NCBI GenBank assembly: GCA_964016885.1
Contig: OZ024745.1
Location: 56,854,001-56,918,000, forward strand
Origin: Eledone cirrhosa
Taxonomy: Eukaryota
DNA length: 64,000 nt
Direction: 5' to 3'
Shown here piece after piece: positions 28,566 through 41,901 of the stretch (its first letter is position 1; each line of letters opens with the position of its first letter). Below the pieces are notes generated by a model. The model worked only from the letters and a program-made list of their open reading frames with translations, was not told the origin of the DNA and searched no databases. The position numbers were made by a program, and so were the translations under genes.

Positions 28566-28796
28566 ATATATAAACAACTATCTGGTTGTGGAACCAACCA
28601 ACCAACCAACCAGAAATTTATAAATTTATAAATTTATTATAAATTTATTATAATAAATTGAAGTGAAAGCAACTGGTGCGTGTGTTTCTTATTGGCAACA
28701 TGACCCTCCCAAAGTATAACAATATCGGTTTCAACACACGATTTCAGATAAAGAATCTTGCTAAATAAATTCAGAAACGATAACATATATACATAT

Positions 28797-28876
<80 letters not shown>

Positions 28877-29609
28877 ATATCATATTATATATATATATAT
28901 ATTCAAAATATTAGAATAGAAAATTCAAAGATAAAATGCGACATGGTGTATGTACATCATGGTAAATACATGCGAGAGTGTACTTCTGCTATAAGTTGTA
29001 GTAGTTTGACGATGTTACTAAAAGCAAGGTTATCTATCAACAATAAAAATAGTATCACTACTGACTGACATTATAATTACATAGGATGGGGTAAAGCTGT
29101 TATTATAAAGCAACAGTTCCACTAACATGTCTATAAGTAGCGACATCACCAACAAACTATACCCGGCTACTAATATCCACAAATGCAAAGCAAAAAATAC
29201 AATGTGTGCTGAAGGAAAAAAAACAAAACAAAAACATACGAGTTGTGACTTAATGTTAAAGTTACTGCTTACTTTGTTATATAGTTTTATTTTATTCTCA
29301 TTTGTATCATGTATACTTTATCTCATTTTAAATATATTTTATTTATTACTAGATGTAATCAAGGTTATTTACACACAAGTTCCTCCTCTACCGCATTTAG
29401 TCAGTTGAAGGTTAAAACGTAATTGCGTGGATTGGTGTGTGTCTTTGTGTGTATATATGTGTGTGGGTGCCTTGTGTGTGTTAGTCAGATCATTCTATCT
29501 AGTTCATGTGTTCAAAGAAACCGGCTAGTTACATTAGGAAGATTAAAAGACTGGTAATTTTGGACTAAGTTTCATTTAGGAATATAATGTTTAAAAAAGA
29601 AACACTCTC

Positions 29610-30082
<473 letters not shown>

Positions 30083-30133
30083 ATTATATCATTATTCAGT
30101 TTTCGTTAGAATAATCAATTAATTTGATTATAT

Positions 30134-30232
<99 letters not shown>

Positions 30233-30469
30233 AATAGTCACAACAGTGATATATACAGGTATTTATTTTCCGTTGGGTTATACACCCAAAGAAACTTAAG
30301 TACCAATACATATCACTGTTTTATACTTAACTGTCCAATGTGCTGGGTGTTCGTATATTTGGATATGTTTACCATACTTATACTACAGTATATATATAAG
30401 AAAGAATGTGTTTAAGTTTGGTTGAAACATTGTGGAATATGAAAAATGATCGTTTTGGAAGCCTCTGCA

Positions 30470-30810
30470 ATCATCATCATCATCATCATCGTAATCGATT
30501 TAATGTCATCTCTCCACCTGTCGTGTTCCTTCTCCATCTCCTTTCCCAGGTTTATTGAATTGAGATCGGCTCTCACAACCTTTGCTCAGGTCATTCCTTC
30601 CAAAGGCATTTCCTGATATTTTATCACCCATCGCTCATTACATGTCCATAGTAACGCAGTCCTCTCTCTGGCAAAACATCTCGGATTCACCTTAAGGCCA
30701 GTTTCACACTCAGATCGTCCAAGCTTTGCCTTTCTCTAGCCCTTCCATTGCTCACCCAATGAAACATGGTTGCTTCATTTCTCTCCAATGTACGCATCTC
30801 CTCGCGTAAT
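30470..30810 (-). mobile_element. degenerate RTE-clade 3' fragment with (ATG)n tail
   Basis: Minus strand reads EEMRTLERNEATMFHWV and GLRYYGHVM; ends in (CAT)n on the plus strand. Confidence 0.6.
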
Positions 30811-31458
30811 TAAAGCATGATACAACAATTCTTGTGTTCGTATGGAGAAATCTCTTGTTGTCAGCAGTGAGAGCATTCTCTAAACTTCTTCCATCCTATC
30901 TTTATTGTAGCTATTATACTCTCGGTGCCCCCTCTTGCTCTTCACATTATGTGTGTGTGCGTGTTCGTGTGTTTCAATATATATATATATATATATATAT
31001 TTCGTTTCTGAATTTGTTTAGCAAGATTCTTTATCTGAAATCGTGTGTTGAAACCGATATTGTTATACTTTGGGAGGGTTATGTTGCCAATAAGAAACAC
31101 ACGCACCAGTTGCTTTCACATCAATTTATTATTATAATAAATTTATAATAAATTTATAAATTTATAAATTTCTGGTTGGTTGGTTGGTTCCAAAACCAGA
31201 TAGTTGTTTATATATTGTCATAGTTCTTTCGTCACACACTCTGTGACCTCTTCAGTGACTGGGAATTCCTTTCTTTGTTTCTGTGCCTCTCCTTTGTTCT
31301 GTCCTACGCCATTTTGTTTCTGTGTGTGTTGTGTGCTCAGTCTGCGCATGCGCCACATCCGGGTGTCTGTGTGTGTTTATGTTCATTTATTTATTTGTTT
31401 TGTTACATGTTACTGGTTGGTTGTTTGTTCTATGTGTGTGTGTGTTTTCATTTTGTCC

Positions 31459-31768
31459 TTAATTGTAAGTTGTGATGTTGCTGTTCCACTCATATTTTCT
31501 ATTTAATTTTGGTTGTAATTCTTTTATGTTTATTGCCTCTGTAATTTGTCTAAACATTGCGTCTTTTCTGTGTGTAGATTCTATTTTTATTTCTATGTTC
31601 TCTAATTTACCATTGTGTTCTATTTTAGCATGTTGGTAGAGTACAGATGATTCTTTACTATCTTGAAGGTCTCGCCAGTGTTCATTTATCCGTTCCCCTA
31701 CACTACGAGCTGTCTCCCCTATGTACACTATATTTTTGTCTCTACATTGTCCTTCAGTATATCTTATG
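31459..31768 (-). pseudogene. PLE GIY-YIG endonuclease fragment
   Basis: YIGETARSVGERINEH..RQITEAINIKELQPKLNRKYEW, nearly identical to the 28003-28320 protein. Confidence 0.9.
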
Positions 31769-32215
31769 ATGAACAAACAGAAGAACAATTTAGTATAGCT
31801 AGATCCGAACTTAGAAATATTATAGAACAGTATAGCAAGAAGCATAATAGAATGGAGGCCCAGCAACTGGGAGAAAAATCTGCAAATGGCTTGCGTAAGC
31901 TCATGCAGCGCTCGCGTAATGGAGAGATAGCATGCTTTCCAATAGACAAGTCTGACAGAATGTCGGTTGACAGCCTGCCAAACTACATCCAGGCAATGCA
32001 ACCCCACATCACTAACACAAGAGAGGTAACACCACAGGAGCATGAGGATAGAGAAAAAGCCCTCAATGCCCATATGGTGATGTGGACGAATATAATGCAG
32101 CCCAACAAAAGGACTGCCAACAACTTCCAGGCCTGGAACAATGACGTGCCAGCGTTGTATGGGCTTCGAAAAGACCATAAAACGGGCTGTGACCCTGTCG
32201 CGGGACCACCAACAC
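31765..32215 (+). pseudogene. PLE ORF N-terminal region up to RT motifs 1-2
   Basis: FPIDKSDRM (DKG-like motif) and PALYGLRKDHK..GPPTR (PLE RT motif 1 KxHK and motif 2 P.RP). Confidence 0.8.
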
Positions 32216-32461
32216 GGCGTAGGACAGAACAAAGGAGAAGCACAGAAACAAAGAAAGGAATCCCCAGTCACTGAAGAGGTCACAGAGTGTGTGACGAAAG
32301 AACTATGACAATATATAAACAACTATCTGGTTGTGGAACCAACCAACCAACCAGAAATTTATAAATTTATAAATTTATTATAAATTTATTATAATAATAA
32401 ATTGAAGTGAAAGCAACTGGTGCGTGTGTTTCTTATTGGCAACATGACCCTCCCAAAGTAT

Positions 32462-32521
<60 letters not shown>

Positions 32522-32528
<7 letters not shown>

Positions 32529-32734
32529 TAACAGATTAAAGTTTAAGCAAAGAATCGCTGCTTTCAACCTTAACTGTTTTTGAAGAGCCCGTTAAGGGTG
32601 AAAGCCGCGATTCTTTGCTTAAATTTAATCTATTATTTTGATAAATATTTGCTCTACGGTTCTTATGTATTTGATATATAATTATCCTTATCGAGCCCTC
32701 TTTGGATTTTAGTCTTTAAATTTATTATTATTAC
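32522..32734. mobile_element. family D fold-back with one-sided tail
   Basis: Short arm 32522-32573 is complementary to ~32591-32642; tail to 32734; homologues at 38932, 39205 and 41259. Confidence 0.85.
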
Positions 32735-32782
32735 TATATATATATATATATGTATAGTATATATATATATATATATATATAA

Positions 32783-32849
<67 letters not shown>

Positions 32850-33474
32850 CGTATATAGACATATACGCACATACGTGGTGTAATTGTACATATTTAAATA
32901 CGGAGAGCAACGATCATCTAAATTTCATTTAAGCGAGTTATTCTCCTTAGTCTTGCTAATTTGTATTAAACGTATATGTATATGTTATTTTCATTTTCCC
33001 ATACTCCCTTATTGAAGATATGGCAAGTTGGTATGAAATGTTCTTTCAAATCACCCCAAAGTTATAATTTCTGATAGAAACAAAAATAAGGTAACTTGAA
33101 AGGCAATTCTAAATATTAAATGTTTTAATTGTTATCCAGTTATTGAAATGTCGTTGCGTATGTATTATCTTCTGTCATCATACAAAAATTTATGTCAACT
33201 ACATTTCGTATCTGAATTTACTCTATACAGTATATCGATCCAATGTTTAATACCATATCCGAGAAATCTTCAAAGCTTTTAATATTAAATATTTCAAATA
33301 TGAGGGTTTTTGTGTAAGCTTTACCCATTGTGCAACTGAGATCATTTATTTTGTTGGCAGAAATTTCATAAACCTGGAACTAACTTGTGACTGACGAAAT
33401 GATAATTGTAACTTCAAAGTCATCGAGGATTTCCTGATTTGGAGTATATATATATATATATGTGTGTGTATGTA

Positions 33475-34084
33475 TGTCAGGACACCAGTTGGCGCTACTG
33501 GTAACATGTATCCCAGTACAACCTGTCTCATGGTCGGGTCGTTGGCGACTAAACTGGCAACCACACCAAGGTTTCTTGGTGAGGAGGGTGACTTTGGACA
33601 TCCTGCAGGACTAAAAACAAAACCTATCAAAGAGCAAAGGAGATCTTAAGAGTCATTGGCCATCCAAAATCACTGAAAGAGATGACCCCTTAGCCTTTGT
33701 CAAGGCAGAATTCTAGGAGAAGGAAAACTCTGATATGACACCTGCAACCCTGATGGTATCCAATGATGTTGACTTGTTCTTCTTTTTGGTAAATACCATC
33801 TTGGTTAAGAGAGTAGGACTGGCTTTGTGCAGTGCCTTTGCTCACTATAAAAGCTTCATGGTACAGCCATTGCTTTATATCTGGAGATCTCTCTGCACTT
33901 GTCGTCACATCGTACCATGGGCCCAGCCCTATGTGTCAGTGATTGTCACAAGTGTAGTGTTTGTACCAGAGTTTTCAAGTCGCTGGCTGGACTAAAAAGT
34001 CACACTCGTTCAGCGCATCGGTAAGGGTTCTCCTACATGGATATAAAGTAGTGGCCGTACTCGAAAACGAGTTGGCAGCCACCA
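33475..34084. mobile_element. 610-bp TG...CA repeat with 4-bp TSD-like TGTA (solo-LTR-like)
   Basis: Collinear end-to-end with 55831-56431; begins TGTCAGG and ends CCACCA. Confidence 0.6.
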
Positions 34085-34144
34085 TGTATTTATGTATGTA
34101 TTTATATATATATACATACATACATACATATATATATATATAAT

Positions 34145-34363
34145 TAATACAATAACAGAGATAGTTTAAAGCCGATCTCTGACTGCTAACCATCTCACTC
34201 AACAAACATTAGGTTATATTTTAATATAAACCCAATTTAAGTGTTTGGGGTGCTAACAATATGTATTATGTGTAAAAGCCAGTTGTATTATTTTATGAGA
34301 TATAATTAAAGTTAAAATATATCTCTCTTTCCAAACAATTGTTTCATTATAAGTTTTCTACAA
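34145..34363 (-). mobile_element. family H terminal fragment
   Basis: CTCACTCAACAAACATTAGG..TTTGGGGTGCTAAC..CCAAACAATTGTTTCATTATAAGTTTTCTACAA, shared with 58205-58420 and with the reverse complement of 17337-17552. Confidence 0.8.
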
Positions 34364-35633
34364 ATATATATATATATATGCATTTAAATGAATGGGGACC
34401 CCAAAGATAGAATATTTCTATAACGATAGTAAATTGCTAGAAAATCGACTAAATTATGCCTATATGCGGGAAAAGCTGGCCAGCAGGCACTAAGGTGCGT
34501 CGAACTTTGTATCTTAGCGAATACCAGTGTTACATATTATGCTGAGATGCAGCTGAACCAGAATTACATCTGTAGGGGGTATTAATTCACCTTTCGAAAC
34601 TATTATTTATAGTGAGGGAATCTTCTTACAGTTGAATTATGCGATTGCGATTCGCCTATTTTCCCATTCCAAATCACACAGGGACTTAGATATTTCTTGT
34701 GATTTGTTTACTTTCTGTTGTCACACCAAGATGTGTAGTATAGCACCTTAAATCTCAGTGTATACGTGGCCAGGTTTAGAGGATTGGAGTCAATTCTAAA
34801 CATTTGGATAGGAGCTCCTACCTTAAATGCTTCAGTCCTAAGTTCAAATATCGTCTGCTTTTACAAAAGGGCCACATCTCTGCCAGGAGTTACCAACAAC
34901 AGATTGTGTCGATTTCTTGGTAGGATCAGTTAGTCAGCTGTTATGTTTTTTTATTCTTTTTTTACATGAGCACGAACTAAACTACTCCATTAATCAACAA
35001 TTTCAGTTGTTTTAAAATGATGGTAATTTGTAATTTTATGCAAACAGATATTATTGAATAATGAAGATATTCAACCATTCCTTTATAAGTGCTGAGCAGG
35101 CGTATGCAGATGATTCGACTGATGTCACATAACTCAACTATTAATTTAATGTCATTTATAGAATATTTAATGCAACTCTCAAATTACATCAACCCCCCAC
35201 CCCAGTTTCCATAATCTCCAAAATAAGACAAAATTACGATAATAGTCACTAATATCTCCCCTTCTCTACAATACTTTGCAACAGTTTCTACAGGTATGTG
35301 TATGTATATTTACGCAGGATTTTACGAGCGTGTGCTCAATTGGAACTCTATACTCTTACAGCAGCAAGGTCTGTTATGGACTTATGTACATTCATTCACA
35401 ATTGTGGATACACAAACGAGCGAATCAGCACAGAAACACACACACAGACTCACACGAAGCACATGGAAGCACACAGGCGCGGACGCAAACACACGTACAC
35501 ACAAACGTGCAGTCAAAATATCAAAGGATTATCTCCCTTGCAAACCTCCCTAATGCATAAGATACACACTCTCCAATATTTTCCCATAAATGACTGATTG
35601 AATGCACACGTACTTTATATATGTATATATATA

Positions 35634-36215
35634 TACAATATTAAATAAATGGAAAACTATATTTATAAAACCATATTTATTTCATTATATATATTTCGGG
35701 GATATCATATTAACAATATGCTATGCCTTCATCAGACAAAATACAATATAAACAGTTTTATAGATAAATATATTCGACATACCGTAATAAACATCAACTT
35801 CATTTGAAGAGGTTCACTCATATCATATTAACAATATAAATATGCCTTCATCAGACAAAATACAATATAAACAGTTTTATAGATAAATATATTCGACATA
35901 CCGTAATAAACATCAACTTCATTTGAAGAGGTTCACTGCTAGAGTGAACCTCTTCAAATGAAGTTGATGTTTATTACGGTATGTCGAATATATTTATCTA
36001 TAAAACTGTTTATATTGTATTTTGTCTGATGAAGGCATAGCATATTGTTAATATGATATCCCCGAAATATATATAATGAAATAAATATGGTTTTATAAAT
36101 ATAGTTTTCCATTTATTTAATATTGTAAATATACTCCAAGTATTTGTCGAGTGCTTTTATATCAGTTATAAATATTTACTAGTTGTAACCCAACAATTTT
36201 AAATATAACTTTACA
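35634..36215. mobile_element. family E fold-back with internal 118-bp duplication and one-sided tail
   Basis: 35634-35819 is complementary to 35942-36127; 35702-35819 is duplicated at 35820-35937; tail 36128-36215. Confidence 0.88.
36022..36076 (+). ncRNA. hammerhead-like motif (family E)
   Basis: CTGATGA(36026-32)-stem II (CATATT/AATATG core)-GAAA-TATA-TA; stem I weak. Variant at 56546-56600 has a different but pairing stem II. Confidence 0.55.
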
Positions 36216-36259
36216 TGTATATATATATATATATTTATATTTTTATATATATATATTTA

Positions 36260-36353
<94 letters not shown>

Positions 36354-36375
36354 TATATATATACATATATATATA

Positions 36376-36675
<300 letters not shown>

Positions 36676-36894
36676 AAAGTGAGGTTTTTTTATTTTTACA
36701 GAATGAAAAATAACCGAGGTGTCCTACACGAGTGAAAGTATAAAGAAAATGAGATGAAATCGAAAATGCAACTGGAGTCTTATTTAAAAAAATATATATA
36801 TATTTATTTGGTTCCTTTACCGGTTTCGCAGTTCTTCTGCTTTTCAAAAGTAGAGTTGAGATGGAGGGTCTATTGTTTTTCTCACATATGTGTA

Positions 36895-36940
<46 letters not shown>

Positions 36941-37091
36941 ACGATATATATATATATATATATATATCGTACACAGGAAAGATATAACGTAACCCTTTGT
37001 TCCGTAATCTGAGTGGATTACTTATTTTAGATATCGCTAATATGTCAGCTTTTCATGAGACGGCCTTCTGCATATACACCCCCGCCCTCGC

Positions 37092-37148
<57 letters not shown>

Positions 37149-38149
37149 TGTGTATGTGTGTGTGTGGGGGGGGGTAATACCAAACATAAAATATATATAA
37201 TTATATGTTAAACACTTACATCGTACGTTTCAAAATATATTATTATTTATCACAATTCAAAAAACTATATCGCTTCTATACACTTTGAACTGAAGTTGTA
37301 AATATGAGTAAAGAATGATGAGTAAAATGTATATAATTTATCAAATTACCTTTTTTTATTACTTATCCGGTACTTAAGAAGAGCACAAATATCTTCTACC
37401 GAGGTAAATATCCCACCTAAAATAAAGATAAAGATGAATGTTAACATAAATTATATGAATTTCATAAACATATTTTACAAATCAAAATTAAATTATCCAC
37501 TGATTAAAAGTAGATTTAGGTATTTTACTCTAGCTCTCAAATACACACAAGCATGAAGACTGATACAAACACAATCCCATCTCCGTCTGTGTCATCTCGC
37601 GTGAAGAGGAAGTAGACACTACAAATAACATAATATAAAATGCATTAAGAAAAAAAAAACTTCCCTTCACTCCAAAATACATTTCAGAAATATGGGGAAG
37701 AAGCGTACACTAAATGGAGTCACATCTACAACCACGCCGAACCCACAAACTCAACCAAAGTTATTACCACCAGCACAAACGCAATTATACGAGAAATATG
37801 AAACACAAGAACATTTCACGCAACTTGTTACCACATCCGCACCAAACTTTGAGCGAGTGAGGAAGAATAACGATGAAATAATAACACAAAGGGATGACAT
37901 AGAAAAGAGATGCAGATATTTAGTACCGGCAGTTTCAATATGCCACAGACACTAAACATGAATGTCCATATAATCTTAAAACATCACATCACATGAGAAC
38001 ACTTCGTACTTGAAGTGGGAACCCGTAACGTAAAATCTACCTTTAGACTTTAAACGGGTTCCCAACGGAACCCCTACCAAATATGGCGATCGATCAACTC
38101 GATTCTCCATATGTAGTCCTTTGTTTTTTTTCCTGACACTCGCCGACTA

Positions 38150-38795
38150 ACATTAGGGTTTTTAACATGAGTTGTATAAATGCACGTGGACTGGGGTCGT
38201 CCTGTAATTAAGGTCTCTTGCTAAATGAACTCAGAGCAGTGTCTATAGATGTTAAACTTGTGATTTCGGAGATGCTCGTACTAACGGTACATGTATATGG
38301 TCGTCGACGTGGAATCATGGTGGCGTGGCATCGTTCTTTCGGAAAGGCCTCTACTCGATAACCCTGGACTCTCATGCTAAAATGGTGATCGTGAATAACA
38401 ATTATAGCGAATACAATCCCTTCAGACTGGAGGCATCATATACCCCTATTGGGAGAGTTCAGGTGGATTTTTTCAAGCGACTGGAAGACTTTCTTGGAAC
38501 ATCTGGCCATTTTCTTTTAACGTGACAGGTTGCACAACAGTTCGGGTCAAGTCGGGGTTTGATTGTGGACTGTTGTTTCTAACGCGATTGATTTGGCAAA
38601 GGTCCTAACAAAGTGGTTGGCGCTTGTTGTCAGAATTCTAACCTGGGAAGTGCGTACGTCAGCAATCCCGCTCTCAATCTGACGTGGAAGAGCTACGTCG
38701 AGTAATACGGACGTGGTCACTGTGATGGTGTCGAAAACCTAGGAAATATAGATGGCTGGCAACCAATAAGAGGAATACTGAAATTTAACGGGGGA
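38150..38795 (+). mobile_element. collapsed L1/Tx1-type LINE related to the 10.7-15.1 kb element
   Basis: SCINARGLG..ISE (APE N-terminus), GGVASFFRKG, DFFKRLEDFLGTSG, LAKVLTKWLALVV, DVVTVMVS, all joined by large deletions. Confidence 0.75.
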
Positions 38796-38804
38796 TAATA
38801 TATA

Positions 38805-38848
38805 TAATTCTGGCAATATTACGCAAATATGACCCTCCCCAAGTATAA

Positions 38849-38851
<3 letters not shown>
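38805..38851 (+). mobile_element. family B terminal fragment
   Basis: AATTCTGGCAATATTACGCAAATATGACCCTCCCCAAGTATAACA matches 41136-41183. Confidence 0.8.
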
Positions 38852-38931
<80 letters not shown>

Positions 38932-38937
<6 letters not shown>

Positions 38938-39138
38938 GAAGACTAAAATCCAAAGACGGCTCGATAAGGATAAATATATATCAAATATATAAGAATCGTA
39001 GAGCAAATACTTATTAAATAACATATTAAAGTTTAAGCAAAGAATCGCTGCTTTCACCCTTAACGGGATCTTCTGAAAGCAGCGATTCTTTGCTTAAACT
39101 TTAATCTGTTATTTAATATATATATATATACATATATA

Positions 39139-39211
<73 letters not shown>

Positions 39212-39385
39212 TAACAGATTAAAGTTTAAGCAAAGAATCGCGTTAAGGGTGAAAGCAGCGATTCTTTGCTTAAACTTTAATATGTCATTTAATAAATATT
39301 TGCTCAACGATTCTTATATATTTGATATATATTTATCCTTATCGAGCCGTCTTTGGATTTTAGTCTTCAAATTGATTATTATTAC
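38932..39385. mobile_element. two family D fold-backs in inverted orientation around (TA)n
   Basis: 38932-39117 and 39205-39385 are each a hairpin with an outward-facing tail. Confidence 0.85.
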
Positions 39386-39392
39386 TATCTAT

Positions 39393-39446
<54 letters not shown>

Positions 39447-39458
39447 CACATATATATA

Positions 39459-39612
39459 TTATAAACTTCCAGCTGCTTATTTTAATACCAAGATGCACTA
39501 GGAAATAACAAATAAGAGAAGAGACAGTAAACGACAAATTACTAACCATCCGTTTATTAAGCTAACCAGCTGGAAGTTTATAATAAATTGAAGTGAAAAT
39601 AACAGGTGCGTG

Positions 39613-39613
<1 letters not shown>
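39459..39613 (+). mobile_element. family C terminal fragment
   Basis: 17-bp inverted repeat TTATAAACTTCCAGCTG/CAGCTGGAAGTTTATAA followed by TAAATTGAAGTGAAAATAACAGGTGCGTGT. Confidence 0.7.
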
Positions 39614-39699
<86 letters not shown>

Positions 39700-39700
<1 letters not shown>

Positions 39701-41183
39701 CGGCGATGAATTAGTTTAGCGAGGTTTTTTATATGAAATCGTGTGTCGAAACAGATATTGTTATATTTGGGGAGGGTCATATTTGCGTAATATTGCCAGA
39801 ATTAATAACAGAACACACTCACTGTTTGGTTGGTTTTCGCTTTTCGCTGTCTTTTATATCTGCGATCTAACTTACTCGGTCCTCAATGTTGCCATTGACT
39901 GACCGGCGGTCAAAAATAATACAGATACAATATAGACACAAACACATATATATAGTTTACATAATTTACATAAATCTTTCGTTGCACATCTGCAACATCG
40001 TCAGTGGTGTTATATTCATTGTTCCTCCTGTTGTGTTGTATGTCTACGCCATTTTTTATTCAGTCTGTCTATATATTTATTTATTTATTTGCTTGTTTGT
40101 TTATCTTATTTTATTTTGTCTTCTTTGCTCATGCGTTTGCGTGTGTGTATAGTGTTATGTGTGATGTGTGATTAGTGTGTATAGTGTTGTGTCTGCTGGG
40201 TGACTAGTGTGTGTTTATGTGCTTGATGTTATTGTGCTTGTGTATGTATTTATTTATCTTATTTTATTTTATTTTATTTACTTATTTATACTTCTCTTAG
40301 GTCAGTGTTGTTTGTTTGGGTGTTGTTGTTGTTCCACTCATTCTTTCTGTTTAGCTTTGGTCTTCTAATTTCTATTTCACTGGCCTCTCTGATTTGCCTA
40401 TCTGCTGGGTCTTAGCTTTGGTCTTCTAATTTCTATTTCACTGGCCTCTCTGATTTGCCTATCTGCTGGGTCATTCCTATGTTTAGATATTATTCTAATT
40501 TCTATGTTGTCTATGTTACCCTCATATTGTTGTCTAGAACATGCTAGACAACAACATGACCAAAGCTAAACAGAAAGAATGAGTGGAACAACAACAACAC
40601 CCAAACAAACAACACTGACCTAAGAGAAGTATAAATAAGTAAATAAAATAAAATAAAATAAAATAAAATAAGATAAATAAATACATACACAAGCACAATA
40701 ACAACAAGCACATAAACACACACTAGTCACCCAGCAGACACAACACTATACACACTAGTCACACATCACACATAACACTATACACAGACGCAAACGCATG
40801 CGCAAAGAAGACAAAATAAAATAAGATAAACAAACAAGCAAATAAATAAAAAAAATATATAGACAGACTGAATAAAAAATGGCGTAGACATACAACACAA
40901 CAGGAGGAACAATGAATATAACACCACTGACGATGTTGCAGATGTGCAACGAAAGATTTATGTAAATTATGTAAACTATATATATGTGTTTGTGTCTATA
41001 TTGTATCTGTATTATTTTTGACCGCCGGTCAGTCAATGGCAACATTGAGGACCGAGTAAGTTAGATCGCAGATATATATATATAAAAGACAGCGAGAAGC
41101 GAAAACCAACCAAACAGTGAGTGTGTTCTGTTGTTAATTCTGGCAATATTACGCAGATATGACCCTCCCCAAATATAACAATA
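39700..41183. mobile_element. PLE family B, 1.5-kb fold-back
   Basis: Arms ~39756-40362 and 40557-41183 are complementary; minus strand 40335-40537 encodes RQQYEGNIDNIEIRIISKHRNDPADRQIREASEIEIRRPKLNRKNEW (GIY-YIG C-terminus, ignoring a 61-bp duplication); tail 39700-39755. Confidence 0.9.
40925..40962 (+). ncRNA. minimal hammerhead motif (family B)
   Basis: CA-CTGACGA-T-GTTGCA-GATG-TGCAAC-GAAA-GATT-TA|TG; mirror copy at 39969-40006(-); stem I only 2 bp. Confidence 0.6.
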
Positions 41184-41205
41184 TATATATATATATACAC
41201 ACACA

Positions 41206-41258
<53 letters not shown>

Positions 41259-41264
<6 letters not shown>

Positions 41265-41901
41265 ACAGATTAAAGTTTAAGCAAAGAATAGCTGCTTTCA
41301 CCGTTCACGGGATCTTCTGAAACTAACAAAATCAATCTGTGGACGCAGAAGTTAATATTTCAAAAAACGTTCCAACCGGAGGAAGACAGGAAGACGATGC
41401 TTTGGTTCGTGGGAACGTTCCCTGGCAAAGAACGGGAAAAAAACGGAGATAATACGTCATATGTGGAGCTCCACATATGACGTATTATCTCCGTTTTTTC
41501 CGTTCATTGCCAGAGAAGGTCTCTATGAACCACCTAATAGAATATTAGTCTACGACTTCTTTTATACCATAAACGTAGTTTTGTTCTTGCGTGTAATTGT
41601 TTTCAACCGCTCCAAATAATGTCGTATTATATTCGTTTTTTCCAGTTCTTTGCCAGGGAACGTTTCCACGAACCAAAGTATCGTCTTCCTGTCTTCCTCC
41701 GGTTGCAACGTTTTTTGAAATATTCACTTCTGCGTTCACACATTGACTTTGTTAGTTTCAGAAGATCCCGTTAAGGTGAAAGCAGCGATTCTTTAATCTG
41801 TTATTTTAATCTGTTATTTTAATAAATATTTGCTCTACTGTTCTTATATATTTGATATATATTTATCCTTATCGAGCCCTCCTTGGATTTAGTCTTCAAA
41901 T

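Larger units (their letters stand above)
27703..28780 (+). mobile_element. Penelope-like element, family A, 5'-truncated with inverted terminal segment
   Basis: Inverted terminus 27703-27807, GIY-YIG ORF remnant, pseudo-LTR with hammerhead and AATAAA, tail 28725-28780, (TA)n on both sides. Confidence 0.92.
31000..32468. mobile_element. rearranged PLE family A: inverted pLTR+GIY-YIG arm, RT N-terminal fragment, pLTR
   Basis: 31000-31768 (-) matches 28011-28780; 31765-32215 (+) is coding; 32216-32468 (+) matches 28471-28724. Confidence 0.92.

Noticed and set aside
31459-32322. 287-aa ORF as a novel nuclease gene
   Set aside because: Chimeric read-through of antisense pLTR/RT sequence into the GIY-YIG fragment.
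37038-37076. Minus-strand ATATG-CAGAAGG..GAAA-AGCT-GA-CATAT hammerhead-like arrangement
   Set aside because: Several core substitutions, no stem II, and only one copy.
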